A DNA stretch of 59,794 nucleotides, the filler included. It is 5 parts of 5 records of this genome, joined end to end, with 100 filler letters (N's around TTAATTAATTAA, not from the genome) between each part and the next. Parts side by side here need not be neighbours in the genome. Positions count along the whole stretch, not along the records: positions 35,605 to 46,574 come from SRR31147125_5436; positions 46,675 to 54,609 come from SRR31147125_5460; 3 more parts are not named here. One strand, 5' to 3'. The notes under the pieces are model-generated. The model was given only the letters and a program-made list of their open reading frames with translations, ran no database searches and was not told where the DNA came from. Shown here in pieces: positions 38,933 through 48,042 of the stretch (position 1 is its first letter; every line of letters starts with the position of its first letter). The position numbers were made by a program, and so were the translations under genes.

Positions 38933-39018
38933 ATTCAGAAGGGTTATTTTTTTGTCTTACTGTCCGAAAGTGTCAGTTGAGCGATAAAACATTGTGATGA
39001 TTTAATTCGCAAATCGTT

Positions 39019-39047
39019 CTGACAAACTCTTAGTACAGGTGTATAAT
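39019..39047 (+). promoter_or_regulatory. Putative sigma-A promoter for ptb1-buk1
   Basis: CTGACA-17 bp-TATAAT. Confidence 0.55.
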
Positions 39048-39189
39048 TAAATGAAAACAAGTATTTTTATACCACTAAGGTCTAAGATTAATTATTAAGT
39101 TCATTATGAGAAAAGCAGATGTCGTACGTCCTGTATGACGTACGACATCTTCATAATAATCACGCCAATGTGACGCGTAGGAGGTCAGA

Positions 39190-40095
39190 ATGTTAAAATC
39201 ATTTGACGAGATCAAAGAGCAGCTGGGGCAGCATGAGAAGAAAAAGCGGATCGGCGTTATTGCAGCGCATGAAGAGCATACGCTGGATGCCGTTGTCCTG
39301 GCCGCAAAAGACGGGCTGGTGGAGCCGGTCCTTATCGGTAAAAAAGCAGAAATCACCGTTTTACTGGAGCACCTGGACCAAAGGCCGGACGAGCTTGAGA
39401 TTATTGACGAAGCTGAGCCGGAGGCGTGTGCTAAAACCGCGTCGCTGCTGGTTCGTGACGGTAAGCTGGACTGTCTCATCAAGGGCAAAATTGAAACCGG
39501 TACGATGATGAAAGCGCTCGTGAATAAGGAATACGGCATCCGGGACAGCGACGTCATGTCCCATATTTCTTTTTATGAATCGCCGTATTATCATAAGCTT
39601 TTTGCTTCAACCGACGGGGCTTTGCTGGTGTATCCGACGCTGGAGCAGAAAAAAGGCGAAATTGAAAATGCCGTCAAGGTCTTTCATAAGCTGGGAGTTG
39701 AAAACCCGAAGGTCGGCGTCCTGGCTGCTGTGGATTCCGTCAATCCCAAGATGAAGGAATCTGTCGAGGCCGCCGAGCTGATGGCCATGTGGCAGGATGG
39801 AAAAATTACCGGCTGTACCGTGGAGGGCCCCATAACGTATGACATTGCACTCTCAAAGGAAGCTGCCGAAATCAAGGGCTTCGACAGCCCTGTGGCGGGG
39901 GATGCTGATATTCTGGTGTTCCCGGATATCATGTCGGGAAATCTGCTGCTGAAGGCTTTATCCCTTACAGGCGATGCGAAATTTGCCGGCACGGTCATCG
40001 GCGCGAAGGTGCCGATTGTTATAACCTCGCGCTCTATGCCGATGCGAGATAAATACCTGTCTATTGTCTTAAACGCCGTCATTGGAAAACTATAA
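39190..40095 (+). CDS. ptb: Phosphate butyryl/acyltransferase (copy 1)
   Basis: LIKG, VNPKM, VEGP, IKGFDSPVAGDADIL and GAKVPIVITSR motifs; upstream of buk. Confidence 0.88.
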   Translation: MLKSFDEIKEQLGQHEKKKRIGVIAAHEEHTLDAVVLAAKDGLVEPVLIGKKAEITVLLEHLDQRPDELEIIDEAEPEACAKTASLLVRDGKLDCLIKGKIETGTMMKALVNKEYGIRDSDVMSHISFYESPYYHKLFASTDGALLVYPTLEQKKGEIENAVKVFHKLGVENPKVGVLAAVDSVNPKMKESVEAAELMAMWQDGKITGCTVEGPITYDIALSKEAAEIKGFDSPVAGDADILVFPDIMSGNLLLKALSLTGDAKFAGTVIGAKVPIVITSRSMPMRDKYLSIVLNAVIGKL

Positions 40096-40114
40096 AATCA
40101 AGAGGTAATTAGCG

Positions 40115-41233
40115 TTGAAAATATACAGAATTCTAGCCATCAATCCAGGCTCCACAACTACAAAAATCGCCGTTTTTGATAACGATCAGGAAATCTTCAA
40201 AATCACGCTGGAGCATGACGCCGTTGAGCTCAACAAGTTTAAGGATTTATCCGAGCAAAAGCCCTACCGTCTGGAGAAAATAAAAGAAGTCTTGAAAGAG
40301 CGGAATATCCCCCTGGAATCCATCGACGCCTTTGTAGGCCGCGGCGGCGGACAGGAGGCCATGGTGGGCGGTACATATACGGTGAATGACCTGGCTTACG
40401 AGCATGCCCGCATCGGTTACCGCGCCGTTCACCCCTGCATCCTCGGGTCCCAGACAGCCCGCGACCTGGGTGATGCTTACGGCAAACCGTCCTTTTTCGT
40501 CAATCCCCCCTGCGTAGACGAGATGATTGACGAAGCCCGTGTCTCCGGCATGAAGGAAATATTAAACAGGAATCATGTCCACGCGCTGAATCAGAAGGAA
40601 GTGGGAAACCGTTACGCCGAGTCTGTGGGTAAGAAATATCAGGAGCTGAATCTTGTTATCGCCCATATCGGCGGCGGACTGTCCATCACAGCGCACAGAA
40701 AAGGCCGGATGATCGACACGAACGACTGTCTTGGCAGCTCCGGCGCGTTCGCACCGACCCGCAGCGGCAGCGTATCGGCCATCGGGATCATGCGCATGTG
40801 CTTTTCCGGAAAGTATACGGAACAGGAAATCTACAACAAGATCACAAAGAATGGCGGTTTGGTGGATTATCTCGGTACCAATGACGTGCGCGAGGTTCGT
40901 CAACGGATTGCCGAGGGCGACAAGTACGCTGAAATGATCTTAAACGCCATGATCCATCAGATTAAAAAAGAGATTGGCGCGATGTGTGCCGTTCTGGACG
41001 GAGAGGTGGACGCTATTATCCTCACAGCTGGCGTCAGCCATGACAAGGAGCTGGTTGAAAGCATCCGGAAATCTCTCAGCTTTGCAGCGCCTGTTGTGGC
41101 TATGCCCGGCGAATTTGAGATGGAAGCGCTGGTGCGCGGCGCGCTTAATGTCCTCAACGGTGTTGAAGATGTTCGTGAATACACCGGCGTATCGCCCGTT
41201 AAGCCCGAGTGGTTCGGCGACGCGATCTATTAA
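40115..41233 (+). CDS. buk: Butyrate kinase family acyl kinase (copy 1)
   Basis: INPGSTTTK, GRGG, HALNQK, AHIGGG and PGEFEMEAL motifs. Confidence 0.9.
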   Translation: MKIYRILAINPGSTTTKIAVFDNDQEIFKITLEHDAVELNKFKDLSEQKPYRLEKIKEVLKERNIPLESIDAFVGRGGGQEAMVGGTYTVNDLAYEHARIGYRAVHPCILGSQTARDLGDAYGKPSFFVNPPCVDEMIDEARVSGMKEILNRNHVHALNQKEVGNRYAESVGKKYQELNLVIAHIGGGLSITAHRKGRMIDTNDCLGSSGAFAPTRSGSVSAIGIMRMCFSGKYTEQEIYNKITKNGGLVDYLGTNDVREVRQRIAEGDKYAEMILNAMIHQIKKEIGAMCAVLDGEVDAIILTAGVSHDKELVESIRKSLSFAAPVVAMPGEFEMEALVRGALNVLNGVEDVREYTGVSPVKPEWFGDAIY

Positions 41234-41238
41234 TAAAC

Positions 41239-41266
41239 AAAAAAAGCCGCGCCTGCGGCTTTTTTT
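41239..41266 (+). terminator. Bidirectional-type intrinsic terminator after buk1
   Basis: AAAAAAGCCGC-GCCT-GCGGCTTTTTTT. Confidence 0.8.
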
Positions 41267-41272
41267 GACAGT

Positions 41273-41302
41273 AAAAAGCCCGCGCCAATGGCGCGGGCTT
41301 TT
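41273..41302 (-). terminator. Intrinsic terminator after rplL
   Basis: AAAAAGCCCGCGCC-AAT-GGCGCGGGCTTTT. Confidence 0.8.
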
Positions 41303-41315
41303 GTGTTTGCGTTAC

Positions 41316-41699
41316 TTATTTAACTTCGACAGTTGCGCCGACATCAGACAGCTGCTTGGACAGGGCCTCAGCCTCGTCCTTGTTGATGCCTTCCTTGATC
41401 TTGGCGGGGACGCCTTCGACAAGGGCCTTCGCCTCGGCCAGGCCGAGACCGGTGATGGCGCGGACTTCCTTGATGACCTTGATCTTCTCGGCGCCGAAGC
41501 TTGTCATAACGACGTCAAACTCGGTCTTCTCTTCGGCAGCGGGAGCGGCAGCGCCGGGAGCGGCGGCAACAGCAACAGCGGCGGGAGCAGCGGCGGAAAC
41601 GCCGAACTCATCCTCGAGAGCATGTACGAGCTCGGAAAGCTCGAGAACTGTCATATTCTTGACTTCTTCAATTAAAGCAGTAACTTTTTCACTGGCCAT
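41316..41699 (-). CDS. rplL: 50S ribosomal protein L7/L12
   Basis: [28 protein letters not shown] and [20 protein letters not shown]. Confidence 0.98.
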   Translation of the reverse strand: MASEKVTALIEEVKNMTVLELSELVHALEDEFGVSAAAPAAVAVAAAPGAAAPAAEEKTEFDVVMTSFGAEKIKVIKEVRAITGLGLAEAKALVEGVPAKIKEGINKDEAEALSKQLSDVGATVEVK

Positions 41700-41777
41700 T
41701 TTTATAATCCTCCAAATAATAATCAATCAAATAATTTTATTATGCGGCGAAACGCGCCGCGTCGTGCGGGGGAGAGC

Positions 41778-42308
41778 TTATGCGGATTTCTGGTCGGCAA
41801 TTGCCTGCAGAGCAACAGCCAGGCCGCGGATGTTGGCGTTGAGCACATTCGCCAGGCCGCTGACAGGCGCCATCATGGTGCCGAGCACCTGGGCAACCAG
41901 AGCTTCCTTTGACGGCAGCTCGGCCAGAGCCTTGATTTCGTCGGGCGTGATCAGCTTGCCGTCTAAGAATCCGGCTTTGATGGTAATCTTGCTGTTGGGC
42001 TTCTTGGCATATTCGCTCAGGATTTTCGCCGGTGCGACGGGGTCTTCAGCTGAAACGGCCAGCGCTGTCGTGCCGTTTAAATGCTCGTCAAGCGCTTCAA
42101 AACCGACGTTGGCGGCGGCAAAGCGGGTGAGCGTGTTCTTAACAACGCCGTAGTCGACGTTGGCAGCGCGCATAGCGCGGCGCATCTCCGTGTCCTCGGC
42201 GACTGTTGTGCCGGAATAATCGATGAAAACGCCGGAAACGCTTTTAAGCTTTTCGGTCAGTTCCAGGACTATGGCCTTCTTTTCGCTGAGTACCTTTTCA
42301 TTGGGCAT
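41778..42308 (-). CDS. rplJ: 50S ribosomal protein L10
   Basis: MPNEKVLSEKK, VVKNTL and LAELPSKEALVAQVLG motifs; GGAGGTG RBS before ATG 42308. Confidence 0.97.
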   Translation of the reverse strand: MPNEKVLSEKKAIVLELTEKLKSVSGVFIDYSGTTVAEDTEMRRAMRAANVDYGVVKNTLTRFAAANVGFEALDEHLNGTTALAVSAEDPVAPAKILSEYAKKPNSKITIKAGFLDGKLITPDEIKALAELPSKEALVAQVLGTMMAPVSGLANVLNANIRGLAVALQAIADQKSA

Positions 42309-42404
42309 TCGTATTTCACCTCCGGGCTTAAGATATATGGCCGCGGGCGTTTTAGCACCCACATGGCCAATTACTAATCCAACGCGATTAGTAAAATAGC
42401 GTCC

Positions 42405-42510
42405 AAATAAAAAATCCCCGAGCCAAAGGCACGGGGACATTAAGCAAACATAAACTGTCGGCTGTCCTCGGCAGGACTTACGGCTAACGCCACCTGCTGT
42501 CTTTGGAACG
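42405..42510 (-). ncRNA. L10 leader (ribosomal protein autoregulatory attenuator)
   Basis: Minus strand CCAAAGACAGCAGGTGGC...TAAGTCCTGCCGAGG followed by terminator TCCCCG...CGGGGATTTTTT, upstream of rplJ. Confidence 0.85.
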
Positions 42511-42517
42511 CCAAGAA

Positions 42518-42546
42518 ATAATATCAAATAAAAAGACTATTGTCAA
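42518..42546 (-). promoter_or_regulatory. Sigma-A promoter of rplJL
   Basis: TTGACA-17 bp-TATTAT just upstream of the L10 leader. Confidence 0.8.
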
Positions 42547-42620
42547 CCAGTAATATGAAAAATTAAAAGCTTAATAGAAAGAATATGAAGTGATGGCAAT
42601 GCCGTGCGGTAACGTGTTTT

Positions 42621-43721
42621 TCAAAAACCATTCCAGACAGGGACGCCGGTGTACATTTTGGCCTCTTCCTCGCCGCGCATGACGCGAAGCGCGCCGGCGC
42701 CCAGCGCTTCAAGCTCAAATTCGCCCGGCATGAGGACGACCTCGGCAATCCAGCTGATGTATTCCGTCATGATATCTGTAAAAGCTTTGCCGTTGCATAC
42801 GCCGCCCGTCAGGATGATGGCGTCGACCTGCCCTTTGAGCGCCACGGCCATCGCCCCGGCATATTTGGCGTTCTGATAAGCCAGCGCGCGGTAGGCAAGC
42901 GCAGCATATTCGTCACCGTCGTTGGCCATTTTCAGCACGTCACGCGTGTCGGCGGTGCCGAAATGGTCCATCAGGCCGCCGTTGACGTTAAGTCTGGCTG
43001 TCAGCTCTTTCTTAGTATACTCACCGCTGTACGCCAGATCGACGATTTTCATGTAGGCCATATCGCCGGCCCGGGTCGGCGTCATGGGGCCGGAGCCCTT
43101 GATGATGTCATTGGAGTCGATCATGCGGCCCTTTTGATGTGCCGTAATAGAGATGCCGCCACCGATGTGGCAGATGACGAGGTTGACCTCCTCGTATTTG
43201 AGGCCGCGCTCCTTGCAAAAACGCAGGGCAATTTCCTTTTGGTTGAGGGCGTGGACATGGCTTTCCCGATAGATGCCCTTAAGGCCCGAAATACGTGCGA
43301 TATCCTCGAACTCGTCCACGTCAGGCGGATTGACAATAAAGGCGCGCGCGCCGTATTGATCGGCAAACTGCCGGCAGATCTGAGATGCCAGTTGTGCCGG
43401 ATGCTGTCCGCTCATGCCCCTGGAGGCGTGCTCCACGAGCAGCGGCGTGACCTCGTAGGTGCCGCCCGTGACGGATAAAAGTCCGCCGCCGCGCCCGACA
43501 AACACGTCGACGCCGTCCAGCGTGTAACCCTTTTCCGTCATCGTCTGCGCGACGGTGTCGCGCCGGTAGGCGAGCTGATCCTGTATTTCTTTAAAATCCT
43601 TCAGCGCCTCGGGGGCGTGGCGAATCGTTTCGCTGAACACCTCGTCCTCATTATCGAACAGCGCTATTTTTGTGGAGGTTGAGCCGGGATTGATAGCCAG
43701 TATTCTATATTTCTTATCCAT
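42621..43721 (-). CDS. buk: Butyrate kinase family acyl kinase (copy 2)
   Basis: INPGSTSTK, GRGGGLL, HALNQK, CHIGGGIS and PGEFELEAL motifs. Confidence 0.9.
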   Translation of the reverse strand: MDKKYRILAINPGSTSTKIALFDNEDEVFSETIRHAPEALKDFKEIQDQLAYRRDTVAQTMTEKGYTLDGVDVFVGRGGGLLSVTGGTYEVTPLLVEHASRGMSGQHPAQLASQICRQFADQYGARAFIVNPPDVDEFEDIARISGLKGIYRESHVHALNQKEIALRFCKERGLKYEEVNLVICHIGGGISITAHQKGRMIDSNDIIKGSGPMTPTRAGDMAYMKIVDLAYSGEYTKKELTARLNVNGGLMDHFGTADTRDVLKMANDGDEYAALAYRALAYQNAKYAGAMAVALKGQVDAIILTGGVCNGKAFTDIMTEYISWIAEVVLMPGEFELEALGAGALRVMRGEEEAKMYTGVPVWNGF

Positions 43722-43730
43722 GCTGACTCC

Positions 43731-44645
43731 TTAAATGTGGTGACCGGCCGCGCAGGCGGCCAGCGCGATGGAATAGTACTTATCGCTTGCCTCAGCCGCG
43801 CGCGACGTCAGGATGACGGGAACCTTCGCGCCGAGCACATTGCCGGCCGTTATCGCGCCGCACAAGCCCGTGAGGCATTTGGCCAGAATGTTCCCGGAGA
43901 CAATATCGGGGACGAGAAGCAAATCCGCGTCGCCGGCCACAGGGCTTTCGTAGCCCTTGATGACAGCCGCTTCCGGTGATGTTGCCAGGTCAAAGGAGAT
44001 GGGACCCTCGACAATACAGCCGGTGATTTCGCCGTCCTGATTCATCTTTTTAAGCGCCTGGCCGTCAACAGTGTCGGGCATCTTGGGGTTGACCTTTTCA
44101 ACAGAGGATAAAACGGCGACCTTTGGGCGCTCAAAGCCAAGCGCATGGAAAAGCCCCACGGCGTTTTGCAAAATGGCTTTCTTGACCGCAAGGTCGGGGT
44201 ACGTGTTGAGCGCCATGTCGCTGACGGCAAAAAGCTTATGATACCGGGGCGTCTCATAAAAGCCGCAGACTGACAGCAGGCCGCCCTTCGTCATATTGTT
44301 GCGTTTGCTCACAATCGCTTTGATGAATTGGCCGGAATCAAGAATGCCCTTCATGACCGCTGTGGCAGTGCCGGCATTGACAAGCTCGACGGCTGTCTGG
44401 AGCGATTCGTCCGCGCCGCCCGACTCTACGATGTGAAAGGATGACGGGTCTGCCCCGTATTGTGATAAAATCGATGTTATTTTCTTAGTATGGCCAATCA
44501 GAACAGGGATCATGATATCCTCGCGCGCGGCCTTGACGACCGATTCGAGCGTGTGCTCATCGTGCGCCTCGACGACGGCGAGGACGGTCTTTCTTGTCAT
44601 GTTGCGCGCTTTGGCAGCCAGGTCGTCAAAACAGGTGATTTTCAA
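43731..44645 (-). CDS. ptb: Phosphate butyryl/acyltransferase (copy 2)
   Basis: VMKG, EKVNPKMP, VEGPISFDLA and GAKVPVILTSRA motifs; GGGAGG before the TTG start. Confidence 0.88.
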   Translation of the reverse strand: MKITCFDDLAAKARNMTRKTVLAVVEAHDEHTLESVVKAAREDIMIPVLIGHTKKITSILSQYGADPSSFHIVESGGADESLQTAVELVNAGTATAVMKGILDSGQFIKAIVSKRNNMTKGGLLSVCGFYETPRYHKLFAVSDMALNTYPDLAVKKAILQNAVGLFHALGFERPKVAVLSSVEKVNPKMPDTVDGQALKKMNQDGEITGCIVEGPISFDLATSPEAAVIKGYESPVAGDADLLLVPDIVSGNILAKCLTGLCGAITAGNVLGAKVPVILTSRAAEASDKYYSIALAACAAGHHI

Positions 44646-44955
44646 AGTTTTCCTCCCGGACGTGGATAATAAGGATGCGGAAAGCGGCGGTTATACCCGT
44701 CAGCGTCCGTCATCAGATGCTGTCAATCGTATCATTAATAAACGGACAATTCAACAGTTTTACGGTTGTTTCGGTCTGTATCCATTCGAATTGCGAATAG
44801 CGTCATTACCTGAAAAACATGACGTCTATGGCAGCGGGGGCCGTCTGCGGCTGTGCGGGATTTGTCCGTATTCGCGGTTCTGTCGGCGGTAAATGCAAAA
44901 TATGTTTAGACAAGGCGTAGCTATAAGGGAAGATGTCCGTTTATAAAACGGGGAA

Positions 44956-46425
44956 ATGGAGAAACGGACCGTGTTGTTTAAGCAGCTTAACGAGGCCGTC
45001 AACAGCTTTGTGTGGGGCATTCCGATGCTCACACTGATCATCGGTACCGGCTTATATCTGAGCGTGCGCACAGGGTTTATACAAATATTCAAATTTGGCT
45101 TTGCCATGAAGCACACCATTGGCAAGGCTTTAAAAAAGCAAAAAGCCGGCGCGGGGGCCGTCACGCCGTTTCAGGCAATGACGACGGCGCTGGCGGCGAC
45201 AGTCGGTACGGCCAACATTGTCGGGGTATCGTCGGCCGTAACGCTTGGCGGACCCGGCGCGCTGTTTTGGATGTGGGCCTCGGCGCTCATCGGTATGTGT
45301 ACCAAATATGCCGAGGTTGTGCTGGCCGTGCGGTTCCGCGAACGAAACAAGGCCGGGGAGTGGGCCGGCGGTCCGATGTACTACATAAAAAACGGACTCG
45401 GCAATAGGTATCGCTGGCTGGCCGATATCTTTTGTATTTTCGGAGCTATTACCGCGTTGGGCGTGGGAAATGCCATTCAGGTTGGCAATATGACCCAGTC
45501 TATCAATCAGACCATTGTTGCCTTTTCACCCGCTGCAGCCGGTAATGAGACCTCCATCAGCCTCGTAATCGGCATCATTGTCGCTGTATTGACAGCGCTG
45601 ACGCTATTCGGCGGCGTTAAGCGGATTGGCAGGGTTACGGAGATGATTGTGCCGTTTATGGCAGTGATCTATATCGTGGCGGCGCTGGCCGTCATCATCG
45701 TACATATAGACGCGGTTGGCGGCGTTTTTAGTCAGATATTCTCACAGGCCCTCTCGCCGAACGCGGCAGCCGGGGGCGCTGTAGGCATTTCGGTGCGCAC
45801 GGCTGTCAGCTGGGGCTTCCGTCGCGGCGTATTTTCAAATGAGGCCGGGCTTGGCTCCGCGCCAATTGCCCACGCGTCCTCCAGTGAAAAAAATCCCGTT
45901 ATTCAGGGGATGTACGGCATATTCGAGGTCTTTTTAGACACGATTATCATCTGCACAATAACAGGCCTGACGCTTCTCGTCAGCGGTATCGGGCTCAACT
46001 ACGGCTCGTTCGGGACGATTGAGCTGAACATCGCGGCGTTTGCCACTGTGTTCGGCGATAAAATCGCCGGGCTGATCCTATCCGTCGGAATGACGATGTT
46101 CGCGTTGGCAACTGTTTTTGGCTGGTCTCTTTACGGGATGCGCTGTGTGGAGTTTTTGTTTGGAAGCAGGAGCATACCCGTTTATAAGGTGCTCTATGTT
46201 ATTTTTGCCGTTATCGGCGCGACGGTTGAGCTGGAGGCCATCTGGCAGGTGGCTGATACGCTTAACGGCCTGATGGCGATTCCGAACCTCATTGCCGTGC
46301 TGGCACTGTCCGGCGTCGTCGTGAAGCTGACACAGGCGCAATTTTACCCGGACGAAAGGCTGCCGGACAGACCGGCCCGGACTAAAGCACCGCAGCGTTA
46401 TGGAAAATCCGCAAGCAGATATTGA
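44956..46425 (+). CDS. Alanine/glycine:cation symporter (AGCS family)
   Basis: LAATVGTANIVG, GGPGALFWMW, GGPMYYI, FSNEAGLGS and NGLMAIPNL motifs. Confidence 0.93.
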   Translation: MEKRTVLFKQLNEAVNSFVWGIPMLTLIIGTGLYLSVRTGFIQIFKFGFAMKHTIGKALKKQKAGAGAVTPFQAMTTALAATVGTANIVGVSSAVTLGGPGALFWMWASALIGMCTKYAEVVLAVRFRERNKAGEWAGGPMYYIKNGLGNRYRWLADIFCIFGAITALGVGNAIQVGNMTQSINQTIVAFSPAAAGNETSISLVIGIIVAVLTALTLFGGVKRIGRVTEMIVPFMAVIYIVAALAVIIVHIDAVGGVFSQIFSQALSPNAAAGGAVGISVRTAVSWGFRRGVFSNEAGLGSAPIAHASSSEKNPVIQGMYGIFEVFLDTIIICTITGLTLLVSGIGLNYGSFGTIELNIAAFATVFGDKIAGLILSVGMTMFALATVFGWSLYGMRCVEFLFGSRSIPVYKVLYVIFAVIGATVELEAIWQVADTLNGLMAIPNLIAVLALSGVVVKLTQAQFYPDERLPDRPARTKAPQRYGKSASRY

Positions 46426-46437
46426 TGAGGATAGCCT

Positions 46438-46476
46438 AAAAAAGAGCCCCAGCTCCCCCTCAGGGGAGCTGGGGCT
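46438..46476. terminator. Strong 14-bp hairpin after the symporter
   Basis: AGCCCCAGCTCCCC-CTCA-GGGGAGCTGGGGCT; A-tract on the 5' side, so a U-tract on the minus strand. Confidence 0.6.
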
Positions 46477-46574
46477 GCTGACTAAGCACTACGGGCCTTG
46501 CTGACAAAAAGATTACAGGACGGCTGCTTCGCCGTGCGCGGAAACTCTGCGAGGCTTTTTTAGAAATATATTTT

Positions 46575-46674
46575 NNNNNNNNNNNNNNNNNNNNNNNNNN
46601 NNNNNNNNNNNNNNNNNNTTAATTAATTAANNNNNNNNNNNNNNNNNNNNNNNNNNNNNNNNNNNNNNNNNNNN
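46575..46674. other. Artificial contig-joining spacer
   Basis: N-run + TTAATTAATTAA + N-run. Confidence 0.98.
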
Positions 46675-46766
46675 TTGTGTCATTTTTTTATATTCATTTG
46701 CCATTTCTTCTAGCTGGTTTGCCTTCTCTTCTACCGAAGTTGGGAGAGTGCCGGTAAAATTGTGTC

Positions 46767-48041
46767 TTATTTCTCTTTGGTTCCAAATTTAGGATCGATT
46801 CTTAGAAAATTAACAATAATAAAACCGGGAATGGTACAGATCATGACCCAAACAAAGAAAAGTTTATAGCCAATTAACTCTTGCAGCCATCCGCTAATCA
46901 TTCCTGGTATCATCATTCCTAGTGCCATAAAACCTGTACAAAGAGCATAGTGTGCTGTTTGGTATTTACCTTGCGAAATATAAAGCATATACATAACATA
47001 GGCTGTAAATCCGAAACCATAACCAAATTGCTCAACAACAACAGATGCTGTTATAATACTAAGATTTTCGGGTTGAACAAAAGAAAGAAATACATACACC
47101 AAGTTTGGCAAATTCATGGCTAAAACCATTGGCCAAAGCCATTTCTTTATTCCTGATTTTGAAACTAGAATTCCTCCAATAATTCCACCGAGTGTTAACG
47201 CAATTACTCCCGCAGTGCCATAAATAAAACCAATATTACTGGTTGTTAATGAAAGCCCACCAACAGCAGCTTTGTCAAGCAAGAATGGAGATGCAAGTTT
47301 TACAAGTTGAGCTTCACCCAATCTAAAGATTAGAAGGAAAGCAATGCCAGTTAAGATTCCATCTTTTTTTATAAATGAGATTAATGTTTCCCAGAATTCC
47401 TTCATTAATTGATTTATACTTTTTGTTTCGCGTTTTTTATCTGCTTTTGGGTGAGGCAGAAAAATGAAATGCCAAATGAAGAAAGCTGAAAATAATGCAG
47501 CAAAAATGAAAAAAGTGATGCTCCATGCCCAAGAGGTTTTATCAGCGATTTTTTCCATATGACCAGCAAGGATTATAAGTGGGCCTTGTCCGGCAAGCAT
47601 GGCAAAACGATAAAATGTATTTCGAATTCCTACAAAAAAAGCCTGGTCATGTTTCGATAACCCAAGCATATAAAAACCATCAGCGGCGATATCGTGTGTG
47701 GCCGAGCTAAAAGCCATGAGCCATAAAAAAGCGAGACTATACTGAAAAAAACTACTTGTATTTAGAGTGAATGCAACGCCAGCTAAAGCAGCTCCAACAA
47801 TTAATTGCATGCAAATTATCCAAAATCGTTTGGTGCGCAGGTTATCTACAATTGGACTCCAAATAGGTTTGATTACCCATGGCAAATACAACCAGCTTGT
47901 GTATAAGGCAATGTCGGTATTTGAAATCTCCAACCGCTTGTACATGATTACTGAAACAGTCATTACAATTACATAAGGTAGCCCTTCTGCAAAATATAGG
48001 GATGGAATCCAGTTCCATGGATTGCGAGTTGCATTCTTCAT
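46767..48041 (-). CDS. ampG: AmpG-like MFS muropeptide transporter
   Basis: YFAEGLPY, LPWVIKPIWSPIVD and SATHDIAADG motifs; about 12 TM helices. Confidence 0.8.
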   Translation of the reverse strand: MKNATRNPWNWIPSLYFAEGLPYVIVMTVSVIMYKRLEISNTDIALYTSWLYLPWVIKPIWSPIVDNLRTKRFWIICMQLIVGAALAGVAFTLNTSSFFQYSLAFLWLMAFSSATHDIAADGFYMLGLSKHDQAFFVGIRNTFYRFAMLAGQGPLIILAGHMEKIADKTSWAWSITFFIFAALFSAFFIWHFIFLPHPKADKKRETKSINQLMKEFWETLISFIKKDGILTGIAFLLIFRLGEAQLVKLASPFLLDKAAVGGLSLTTSNIGFIYGTAGVIALTLGGIIGGILVSKSGIKKWLWPMVLAMNLPNLVYVFLSFVQPENLSIITASVVVEQFGYGFGFTAYVMYMLYISQGKYQTAHYALCTGFMALGMMIPGMISGWLQELIGYKLFFVWVMICTIPGFIIVNFLRIDPKFGTKEK

Positions 48042-48042
48042 T

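Noticed and set aside
38992-39012. TTGTGA-N9-TCGCAA as a Rex operator upstream of ptb1
   Set aside because: Spacing is 3 bp longer than the 18-bp Rex box and the arms match only partly
40974-42153. Plus-strand ORFs of 233 and 265 aa opposite rplL/rplJ
   Set aside because: Antisense shadows of highly biased ribosomal protein genes
42309-42527. 73-aa N-terminal extension of RplJ in the ORF track
   Set aside because: Runs through the promoter and L10 leader; the real start is ATG 42308 with an RBS
44646-44955. Possible glycine riboswitch upstream of the alanine/glycine symporter
   Set aside because: No recognisable glycine aptamer core (GGAGA...CCGAAG...CTCTCAGG)
46472-46574. GCTGCTGACTAA / TTGCTGACAAA near the contig end as a possible IS terminal repeat
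   Set aside because: No transposase or partner repeat in the window; too short to support
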